DNA of 64,000 bases from an uncultured Clavibacter sp. Lineage in GTDB: Bacteria > Actinomycetota > Actinomycetes > Nanopelagicales > Nanopelagicaceae. Location of the stretch: assembly GCA_937883945.1 (NCBI GenBank), contig CAKZXY010000055.1, positions 9,250 through 73,249 on the forward strand, written 5' to 3'. Below are positions 56,653-64,000 of the stretch, piece after piece (position 1 is the first letter of the stretch; each line of letters begins with the position of its first letter). The notes beneath the pieces are model-generated. The model did no database searches. It was not told where the DNA came from and saw nothing but the letters and a program-made list of their open reading frames with translations. The position numbers and the translations under genes were made by a program.

Positions 56653-57357
56653 GTGACACTTGACGATGATGAAGATAAAGGAATCCTTTCAGCTCTAAAT
56701 TCATTAGTTTTTCCAAAGATTTGTATTTACTGCCAAAATGAATTTGCATCCCTTTGTTCAAATTGTCAGCAGCTCTGGCTTGCTCCAGTGCAGAGGCGAT
56801 ATGTCAGAGGCCTTGCAGTTAACTCAACGCTTGCCTATAACGCAGCAAGCTCCAGAGTAGTAATTCAAGCCAAAGAGAATAGAAATCGAATAGCACAGTA
56901 TTGGATGGCATCTGCGCTAAGTGTTGCTTTGGAGAAATTTGAATCAGATAATTCAGCGCTAAGCATTTCTCGCTCTCTACTAGTTCCGATTCCTTCAAGT
57001 AAATCTGCGATAAGAAGAAGAGGTGAATCCTTTCTCCATCCAATCCTTGATAAATTAGTAGAGTTGCAGATGAATAAAAATGGAGTGCGCTGGCGCTGGA
57101 AGGAACTTTTAATTCATCATAAGATGGTTAGAGATCAGAGCGAACTTTCCTACACTGCGCGCCAGAGCAATATGGCAGGCGCCTTTAGGCTTAGAAGTGA
57201 TGACTTAGTAATGGAAAGACCAATCTTGCTAATAGATGATGTATTGACCACCGGGGCTACGTTATATAGCGCTTTCTGGGCTTTAAGGGAGAGAAATCTG
57301 ACAGTTTTGGGCGCAGCAACGGTATGTGCGTCAGCCCACCGCCTACTAATACGATAG
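56653..57357 (+). CDS. comF: ComF-family phosphoribosyltransferase-domain protein
   Basis: N-terminal CxxC...CxxC (CIYCQNEFASLCSNCQ) and C-terminal PRTase motif LLIDDVLTTGATL. GTG start. Confidence 0.8.
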   Translation: MTLDDDEDKGILSALNSLVFPKICIYCQNEFASLCSNCQQLWLAPVQRRYVRGLAVNSTLAYNAASSRVVIQAKENRNRIAQYWMASALSVALEKFESDNSALSISRSLLVPIPSSKSAIRRRGESFLHPILDKLVELQMNKNGVRWRWKELLIHHKMVRDQSELSYTARQSNMAGAFRLRSDDLVMERPILLIDDVLTTGATLYSAFWALRERNLTVLGAATVCASAHRLLIR

Positions 57358-57388
57358 AGCCCTAGAACCTCAAGTGGAAGGTTGATCC

Positions 57389-60070
57389 GTGGTAGCAATT
57401 CTCGACAAGATTCTGCGCGCCGGCGAAGGGCGCGCACTTAAGCAATTAGAAAAGATTGCTGGTCTTGTTAACTCACATGAGGCAACTTATATCGCGATGA
57501 GTGATGAGCAGCTACGGGCTATGACCGATACCTTCAAATCACGTCTTGCGCAAGGAGAAGATTTAGATGACCTTCTTCCAGAAGCATTTGCTCTGGTTAG
57601 GGAGGCATCAAAGCGAACACTGGGACAGCGCCACTATGACGTTCAGATCATGGGAGGAGCAGCACTTCACCGTGGAAACATTGCAGAGATGCGAACTGGC
57701 GAAGGAAAGACTCTGGTTGCAACTCTTCCTTCATACCTAAATGCGCTAACTGGCTTGGGTGTTCACATTATTACTACAAATGATTATCTAGCAGAGCGTG
57801 ATAGCGAGTGGATGGGACGTATCCATAGATTCTTAGGGTTAAAAGTTGGAGTAATTCTGGCTTCAATGAGTCCAGCAGAGCGGCGCGAACAATATAACTG
57901 TGATATTACCTATGGAACAAATAATGAATTTGGTTTTGACTATCTTCGAGACAATATGGCTTGGAACTTAGTTGATTGTGTGCAGCGCGAACATAACTAT
58001 GCCATAGTCGATGAAGTTGACTCAATTTTGATTCATGAAGCTAGAACCCCTCTGATTATTAGTGGACCTGCTGATAAGGCAACAAAGTGGTATCAAGAAT
58101 TTGCCAACATTGCCGCACGCTTAACCCGTGGTGAGCATTATGAAGTTGATGAAAAGAAGCGCAACACTGGAATTCTTGATGCTGGAGTTTCAAAGGTAGA
58201 AGAGCTACTCGGCATTGAAAATCTCTATGAAGCGGTAAATACCCCAATGATTGGGTATTTAAATAATGCCATTAAAGCTAAAGAGCTCTTTAAGCGTGAT
58301 AAAGACTATGTGATCATGAGCGGAGAGCTTTTAATTGTTGATGAACATACCGGTCGAGTTCTCTCTGGCCGTCGCTATAGCGAAGGTCTACATCAAGCAC
58401 TTGAAGCAAAAGAGCGGGTTGAGATCAAAGATGAAAACCAGACCCTAGCCACAATAACCTTACAGAATTACTTCCGTATGTATGACAAGTTGGCTGGTAT
58501 GACTGGTACAGCGATGACTGAAGCTTCAGAATTTATGCAGATCTATAAACTTGGAGTAATTCCGATTCCAACTAATAAAGTTATGCAACGACTTGACCTA
58601 TCAGATCTGGTTTATAAGACAGAGGATGCCAAGTTTGAGGCTGTAGCTAACGATATTGCCGAGCGCCATCGAAGGGGACAACCAGTTTTGGTTGGAACAG
58701 TTAGCGTTGAAAAATCAGAAGTTCTCTCTAGCGCTCTTAGGCGCAAGGGCATACCTCATGAAGTATTAAATGCTAAACAGCATGAACGCGAAGCGGCCAT
58801 TATCGCAAGAGCAGGAACGGTTGGAGCAGTTACGGTTTCAACAAATATGGCAGGTCGTGGAACTGACATCATGCTTGGTGGAAACCCAGAATTTATGGCT
58901 GATTATGAATTACAACGCCAAGGATTTTCACCAGTTGAAAGCCCGGAAGAGTATGAAGCGATGTGGCCAGCAGAGATTGAGAGACAGAAAGCTGCAGTCT
59001 CCAAGGGCCATGATGAAGTAGTTGAACTTGGCGGGCTCTATGTTCTGGGAACTGAGCGACATGAGTCACGTCGTATCGATAATCAGCTCCGTGGTCGATC
59101 TGGTCGTCAGGGAGATCCTGGTGAATCTCGTTTCTATCTCTCACTTCAAGATGAATTGATGCGTAGGTTTAATTCAGCTCTTGTCGAGCGTTTCTTAAGC
59201 GCTGCAGGCATTCCAGAAGATACGCCGATTGAATCAAAGATGGTTACCAATGCCATTAAATCAGCGCAGACTCAAGTTGAATCACAGAACTTTGAGATGC
59301 GTAAAAACGTTCTTAAATATGACGATGTGATGAACCGTCAGCGCGAGGTTATCTATCGCGAGAGACGTGAAGTATTAGAGGGCGCTGATATTAAAGAGCA
59401 GGTCACTGTATTTATTGAAGACACTATTCGCGGTTATGTAGGAGCAGCTACCAATGAAGGATTTCCTGAAGAGTGGGACTTAGATCAACTTTGGACCGCC
59501 CTTAAAGCAACCTATCCAATCTCATTTAAAGTTGAGGATATTGAAGCTGAAGTAGGCGGCAGAACTGGCTTAGATAATGATTTCCTTAGCGCTAAAGTCT
59601 TAGATGACATCTTTGCTGCCTATTCAAAACGTGAGCAAGAGCTAGGAGCTGAAGTTCTGAGAGAACTTGAGCGAAAGATTCTCCTCTCTGTATTAGATAG
59701 AAAGTGGCGCGAGCATCTCTATGAGATGGATTATCTCCAAGAGGGAATTGGTCTTCGCGCTATGGCGCAGCGAGATCCACTTGTTGAGTATCAGAAAGAG
59801 GGATATGAACTATTTTCTGCGATGATGGATGCGATTAAAGAAGAGTTAGTTGGATTCTTATTTAATGTTGAAGTCAAGGTTGAAAATGAACACGTTGAAG
59901 CAAAGGGTGTGACTCCAGCTGCTCCAAAGCGTGAGCTTCGTTACTCATCACCAAGTGAGAGTGGCCAGGTTTCAAACTCTCCGCAGGCAGCAAATGGTGG
60001 AGTATCTAGAAATTCACCATGCCCATGTGGTTCTGGAAAGAAATATAAACGCTGCCATGGAGCTGCCTAG
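57389..60070 (+). CDS. secA: Preprotein translocase ATPase SecA
   Basis: [11 protein letters not shown] Walker [13 protein letters not shown]-like motif and C-terminal zinc finger [14 protein letters not shown]; 893 aa. Confidence 0.97.
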   Translation: MVAILDKILRAGEGRALKQLEKIAGLVNSHEATYIAMSDEQLRAMTDTFKSRLAQGEDLDDLLPEAFALVREASKRTLGQRHYDVQIMGGAALHRGNIAEMRTGEGKTLVATLPSYLNALTGLGVHIITTNDYLAERDSEWMGRIHRFLGLKVGVILASMSPAERREQYNCDITYGTNNEFGFDYLRDNMAWNLVDCVQREHNYAIVDEVDSILIHEARTPLIISGPADKATKWYQEFANIAARLTRGEHYEVDEKKRNTGILDAGVSKVEELLGIENLYEAVNTPMIGYLNNAIKAKELFKRDKDYVIMSGELLIVDEHTGRVLSGRRYSEGLHQALEAKERVEIKDENQTLATITLQNYFRMYDKLAGMTGTAMTEASEFMQIYKLGVIPIPTNKVMQRLDLSDLVYKTEDAKFEAVANDIAERHRRGQPVLVGTVSVEKSEVLSSALRRKGIPHEVLNAKQHEREAAIIARAGTVGAVTVSTNMAGRGTDIMLGGNPEFMADYELQRQGFSPVESPEEYEAMWPAEIERQKAAVSKGHDEVVELGGLYVLGTERHESRRIDNQLRGRSGRQGDPGESRFYLSLQDELMRRFNSALVERFLSAAGIPEDTPIESKMVTNAIKSAQTQVESQNFEMRKNVLKYDDVMNRQREVIYRERREVLEGADIKEQVTVFIEDTIRGYVGAATNEGFPEEWDLDQLWTALKATYPISFKVEDIEAEVGGRTGLDNDFLSAKVLDDIFAAYSKREQELGAEVLRELERKILLSVLDRKWREHLYEMDYLQEGIGLRAMAQRDPLVEYQKEGYELFSAMMDAIKEELVGFLFNVEVKVENEHVEAKGVTPAAPKRELRYSSPSESGQVSNSPQAANGGVSRNSPCPCGSGKKYKRCHGAA

Positions 60071-60078
60071 TTCTTTAT

Positions 60079-60603
60079 CTAAATTAGGCTCAATTCAGTG
60101 CAGAGCCATTTATGATCTACTCCTTCAAAGCGTGCAACCAGCGCTCTAATTCTCTCTTTAAATATTAAGGTTGCACTCAGTTCAATTACTCCAACTATTG
60201 GCTGGCTTCTTCTAATACTTTTGATCTTTGGAACCTCTTTCAAGCTGCCTACTTGAGCAAGTAGGCAGTTGTAGGTGTAGCGATGAGTGGTGCGAGCAAC
60301 TTGGGATGCAGGACGCCTTGTTGCCATAATCTCTAGGGCAGTAATTAGATAAGTCAGAGTCCAGCGCGTGGCATTTGGAAGTTCTGAAAGAGATGAAGCA
60401 GTGGGAGCAAAATCTGCTTCATAGCTCTCACCATGGCTTGTGGGAATTAGATAGAGCTTATTACTTGCCTGGCTTTCTTTTCTTCCAAAGAGTGGGGTTG
60501 AATAAAAATTACCTTGCTCAAAGAGTTCTAAAGCTGGGTGATTTAATAAGTCATAGTCATTAAAGTCTAAACTTTTATCGTTGATTTCTGCTTCACTTTT
60601 CAT
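60079..60603 (-). CDS. Rv3235-like (DUF6459) family protein
   Basis: MATRRPASQVAR...IELSATLIFKERIRALVARFEGVDHKWLCTEL resembles the Rv3235 family. Conserved position next to secA. Confidence 0.55.
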   Translation of the reverse strand: MKSEAEINDKSLDFNDYDLLNHPALELFEQGNFYSTPLFGRKESQASNKLYLIPTSHGESYEADFAPTASSLSELPNATRWTLTYLITALEIMATRRPASQVARTTHRYTYNCLLAQVGSLKEVPKIKSIRRSQPIVGVIELSATLIFKERIRALVARFEGVDHKWLCTELSLI

Positions 60604-60739
60604 AGCCGGAGCATCGTGTGAGAGTTGCTAGTTAACTATCCTCTAAAGGGATGAGACCTTATCCACAGCGTGTTGATGGCCTCTGTTTAGCTGTGGAAGT
60701 TGGAGGTTGCAAGGGTGAGAAATTGGGTATTCATTGCCT

Positions 60740-61378
60740 ATGAAAAATACCAATAAGCTTCAAAGAAATTCCTTTAACTTCTCTATCCGTAGTTATCTAA
60801 GAACAATTCTTGGGGGATGCTTAATTGCTGCCTCATTTATCTCAGCTCTAGTCATCTCTAATTCATCTAGCCGAATGATTACTGTTTGGAGCGCAGCTGT
60901 TGAACTCGGGCAAGGGGAGGTAATCACATCAGATGATGTGGTTATCAGCAAAGTGTTATTGCCTAGTAATGCTGCAAATTACATTGATGGAGAAGTTTCA
61001 ATAATTGGAAGCTCTGTAGTTAGAGCAATTGGAGCTGATGAGCTAATACCGGCCTATGCTCTAAGCAGTCAGATTGATGAGCAGCTAAAGCAGGTTCCTA
61101 TCGCTATCTCTTTTACTCAAGTGCCAAAAGATATTGGTAGTGGCCAGAGAGTTGATATCTATGGAATCACTAAATCTGAATTGCGCTCGCAGAGCCTTAC
61201 ATCTGGCAAGTTTAAGAGTCGCTTGATTGCCAGTGACTTAGTGATAGATCAAGTAGATAACCAGGCAAGCGCTCTGGGAGGAGATTTAGTAATCACACTT
61301 CTTGTCCCAAAACCAATAATTCCAAGCTTGATTGAGGATATGGGAAATTACAACTTTGTTCTGGTGGGAAATCGGTGA
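60740..61378 (+). CDS. SAF-domain, CpaB/RcpC-like membrane-anchored protein
   Basis: N-terminal TM, then VWSAAVELGQGEVITSDDV (SAF-like) and a C-terminal beta-rich region. ATG at 60740 (the track start at 60734 is a TTG). Confidence 0.6.
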   Translation: MKNTNKLQRNSFNFSIRSYLRTILGGCLIAASFISALVISNSSSRMITVWSAAVELGQGEVITSDDVVISKVLLPSNAANYIDGEVSIIGSSVVRAIGADELIPAYALSSQIDEQLKQVPIAISFTQVPKDIGSGQRVDIYGITKSELRSQSLTSGKFKSRLIASDLVIDQVDNQASALGGDLVITLLVPKPIIPSLIEDMGNYNFVLVGNR

Positions 61379-62376
61379 GAGTTAATCTAATCACCGCACT
61401 CTCCTCTCATCAGGTTGAAGACCAAGTTATTGAAGTTCTATTAAGGCATGACTTCCAGCTTCAAAGGCGCCTTCTATCACCGCTAGATTTTGATACAGAG
61501 CTAATCACAAGCCCCTCTACCGTTCGCACTTTGATAATTACCGATAAAGACTTTGGAGCAAATTGGCGAGAGATAAAGAGGGAAGATGATGAGAATCTTT
61601 CGATATTGATTCTTGATATAGCTAAGAGATTTAGTAGTGATGAGATATTGGAACTATCTAATCAGGCCTTAAGAGGAAATGATGAAGTTGATCTCTCCAG
61701 AAACGTACTTCGGAAAGACTCTTGGGTCTTATTTACCGGATCTGATGGTTCTCCAGGAATCTCAACGCTTGCACTAAATACTGCGCAGGAGTATTCAAAA
61801 TTAGCCCAGATGCTGTTAATCGATGGAGATTTATCTCATCAGAGTCTCTCCCAGATGGTGGGGGAGAGAGATAGTGATATGCGAAGCTCGCTAAGTAGCG
61901 CGCTATCACTTCAGAGCATAAGTTCATTTGATGAGATTGACTCTAAGCAAGGCGAGAGCGTATTTATCGATGTGGGAAGCGCCCCAACAATGAACCAGGC
62001 AGTATCTGATCGACGAGTTAAAGGGAAGTTTTTTATGCAGGCCTTTAGTAGTTGTGCTCATCTAATTTATGTAATCCATCAAGATAGCCGCGCCCTCTAT
62101 CAATTAGAGCAATTTGAGCAGTCATATAAGAAGTTCTCATCGGAGCTAAATGTGATCTATCTTCTCAATAAGGAGAGTAGTAGCTCTAACCGCCCACTCT
62201 TTCGAAGAAGCTTTCGAAGCAAGATTGAAAATAAGCCTCACTTCTTTATGCCCTATGAGTATGCCAATTTGGAGCGAGCTCGCAGTAGATATGCCACGCT
62301 ATCTGAAGTCAACTCTCGTAGCAGCCTCTCTCGTGCCCTACGGGAGTTAGCCCTTTATCTTCATGAAAAAATCTGA
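61375..62376 (+). CDS. CpaE/TadZ-like (Ssd-like, helicase/secretion-neighbourhood type) protein with a lysine-less P-loop
   Basis: N-terminal receiver-like region, then VLFTGSDGSPGISTLALNTAQEY...LLIDGDL, which aligns with the MinD/ParA Walker A and A' motifs but has both lysines replaced. GTG start overlaps the SAF gene stop. Confidence 0.55.
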   Translation: MRVNLITALSSHQVEDQVIEVLLRHDFQLQRRLLSPLDFDTELITSPSTVRTLIITDKDFGANWREIKREDDENLSILILDIAKRFSSDEILELSNQALRGNDEVDLSRNVLRKDSWVLFTGSDGSPGISTLALNTAQEYSKLAQMLLIDGDLSHQSLSQMVGERDSDMRSSLSSALSLQSISSFDEIDSKQGESVFIDVGSAPTMNQAVSDRRVKGKFFMQAFSSCAHLIYVIHQDSRALYQLEQFEQSYKKFSSELNVIYLLNKESSSSNRPLFRRSFRSKIENKPHFFMPYEYANLERARSRYATLSEVNSRSSLSRALRELALYLHEKI

Positions 62377-62391
62377 AGTACTCTTTCGCCT

Positions 62392-63870
62392 ATGCCTTTT
62401 CGCCATCTACTCTCAGATCAGAGTTCACTAACGCCAGATGATGTGCTTCGCCTTGGTGAATTAACTGCTGAATGGCAATTGCTTGCAGATCTCTCATTTG
62501 CTGATTTAGTTCTCTGGATTCCAAAGCGCGAAGATCAAAAGAGTTGGCCTGAAGGACATAGAGCTGTAGCTCAAATTCGCCCGATGACGGCAGCTACTGT
62601 TTTTACTCACGATTTAATTGGCAATGAAGTCACTTGGGGATCTCGTACAGATTTAGATCAAGCGCTATCAAGCGGTGAAATCATTAGAGATAGTAGAGCT
62701 GAACAAGTTGGAGAGATAGAGATAAAGGTTGAGTGCATTCCAGTCTTCTTCTTAGATCGCGTGATAGCTGTAATCTCGCGTCATAGAAATCTAGAGACTA
62801 TGAGAACTCCTTCAAGACTTGAGCTAAATTATCGTGAGATTGCAAACCATATATATCGCATGATTGCTGAGGGAAATTTTCCTGTAAAGGACAATGTCTA
62901 TCTGGCAGAGGCTGCTCCAAGAGTTGGCGATGGTTTGGTTCGGATAAATGTTTCAGGAGAGGTGCTCTTTGCCAGCCCAAATGCACGCTCTGCCTTAAAT
63001 CGAGTTGGTTGGGATAAAGACGTTGAAGGGCAGAATTTTGGCCAGGTTCTAGATTCTCTTGTGAGCCCAATATCTCCGCTAAATCCAAAAGAAGAAAATT
63101 GGCAGATCAGTATGAGTGGAAAGCAATTAAGAAGAGAAGAGTTTGAAAATAGCGGCGGGGTATTAGATCTATTGGCCATTCCGTTAACAGAGGGTGATAA
63201 TCGAATTGGAGCTGTGGTTTTAGTTCATAACGTCACAGAGCTAAGAAGAAAAGATAGAGCTCTAATTAGTAAAGATGCCACTATTAGAGAGATTCATCAT
63301 CGAGTAAAGAACAATTTACAGACTGTTTCAGCTCTCCTGCGCCTTCAAGCACGGCGTATCGAAGACCCAAAAGCTAGCGCTGCAATTGAGGAGGCGGTTA
63401 GAAGGGTTGTATCAATTGCTTTAGTCCACGAGACGCTATCTGCCACCTCGCAGGATTTAGTGCAATTTGATGAGGTTATTACCAAGATCATTCAAGGCGC
63501 ATCAGAGTTAAATATCAGACCGAATGAAATTCAGATCAAGAAGGTGGGGGAATTTGGCCTCATCTCATCGATGGTGGCAACGCCTCTTGCCTTAGTTTTA
63601 ACAGAGTTGATTCATAATGCTTTAGAACATGGCCTTGGTGCTAGCGGTGATTTAGTGGAATTGAGAATTAATCGGCAAGCAGCGTCAATGACAATTACTG
63701 TTACTGACAATGGAGCTGGAATTCCAAATGACTTCTCACTTGAATTAAATACTAATTTGGGTTTGCAGATTGTTCAGACTTTAACTAAAAATGAGTTAGC
63801 TGGGAAGATAGAATTTATTAAGCAAAATATTGGAACGCAGGTACAGATTTCTTTTCCGCTAGAGCGTTAA
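62392..63870 (+). CDS. pdtaS: PdtaS-type sensor histidine kinase (GAF/PAS sensor, HisKA_2, HATPase)
   Basis: H-box EIHHRVKNNLQTVSALLRLQ and a soluble N-terminal sensory region. Adjacent to a convergent whiB1-like gene, as in Rv3220c/Rv3219. Confidence 0.85.
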   Translation: MPFRHLLSDQSSLTPDDVLRLGELTAEWQLLADLSFADLVLWIPKREDQKSWPEGHRAVAQIRPMTAATVFTHDLIGNEVTWGSRTDLDQALSSGEIIRDSRAEQVGEIEIKVECIPVFFLDRVIAVISRHRNLETMRTPSRLELNYREIANHIYRMIAEGNFPVKDNVYLAEAAPRVGDGLVRINVSGEVLFASPNARSALNRVGWDKDVEGQNFGQVLDSLVSPISPLNPKEENWQISMSGKQLRREEFENSGGVLDLLAIPLTEGDNRIGAVVLVHNVTELRRKDRALISKDATIREIHHRVKNNLQTVSALLRLQARRIEDPKASAAIEEAVRRVVSIALVHETLSATSQDLVQFDEVITKIIQGASELNIRPNEIQIKKVGEFGLISSMVATPLALVLTELIHNALEHGLGASGDLVELRINRQAASMTITVTDNGAGIPNDFSLELNTNLGLQIVQTLTKNELAGKIEFIKQNIGTQVQISFPLER

Positions 63871-63874
63871 AGAA

Positions 63875-64000
63875 TTAATCTTCGAAGCTGGTTTCAGATA
63901 AACGAGCACGATTTCTAGCAGCGCGACGCTTCATAGCTCGTCTTTCATCCTCAGATAACCCGCCCCAAACTCCAGAGTCTTGACCGCTCTCAAGCGCCCA
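63875..64000 (-). CDS. WhiB-family regulator, C-terminal fragment (5' end outside the window; WhiB1-like by synteny)
   Basis: Manual minus-strand translation gives WALESGQDSGVWGGLSEDERRAMKRRAARNRARLSETSFED-stop. This carries the WhiB C-terminal GVWGG turn and basic tail. Not in the ORF track because it is truncated by the window edge. Confidence 0.8.
   Translation of the reverse strand, partial: WALESGQDSGVWGGLSEDERRAMKRRAARNRARLSETSFED

Noticed and set aside
60659-60667. Perfect DnaA-box consensus TTATCCACA in the spacer upstream of the SAF-domain gene, flanked by a CCACAGC...GCTGTGG inverted repeat
   Set aside because: It is a single box with no cluster, no AT-rich unwinding element and no dnaA/dnaN context. 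One 9-mer match on either strand in 64 kb is close to chance expectation.
60604-60739. 6C small RNA, which in some Actinobacteria lies near the Ssd/CpaE-like locus
   Set aside because: Neither strand shows two stem-loops with cytosine-rich (six or more C) loops. There are only scattered CC/CCC runs.

Overview
This 64 kb window is densely packed, mostly core chromosome from an actinobacterium. It carries many actinobacterial signature genes: two WhiB-family genes, mtrA-mtrB, mshB, pdtaS, DUF3117, DUF3107, DUF3499, an Rv3235-like protein, an LCP protein, and blocks syntenic with Mycobacterium Rv1170-1178, Rv1201-1232, Rv3208-3213 and Rv3219-3265. By eye (not computed) the DNA is AT-rich for this phylum. 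Genes are extremely compact, with many ATGA/GTGA start-stop overlaps and convergent genes that share or overlap stop codons. This suggests a streamlined lineage, possibly freshwater acI/Nanopelagicales-like, but that placement is inference only. I saw no rRNA, tRNA, CRISPR array, transposase, integrase, prophage or recognisable defence island. The most coherent non-housekeeping feature is an ~18 kb nucleoside-scavenging and catabolic supercluster at 4974-22618. It has three parts: (a) a BMP-type nucleoside ABC importer fused in one operon to an MTA-phosphorylase-like gene, an MtaD-like deaminase, a DUF985 cupin and an SDR; (b) divergently, mtnA coupled to a class II aldolase-SDR fusion, then cdd and deoA; (c) convergently, a phosphopentomutase-type mutase, deoC, an aldehyde dehydrogenase and an ALDH paralog lacking its catalytic domain. 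My best candidate for a not-yet-described system is a deaminase-dependent DHAP-shunt variant for MTA/5'-deoxyadenosine, linked to uptake and ending in a fused aldolase-dehydrogenase. Other items worth a second look: a dapC-like aminotransferase with no canonical start codon; a GC-rich structured leader upstream of msiK; a terminator-like hairpin between the predicted whiB promoter and its start codon; a stand-alone sigma-70 region-4 mini-protein; an orphan SAF/CpaE-like pair without Tad machinery; and mtrAB without lpqB. All functional calls rest on motifs and remembered family features. No database search was run.
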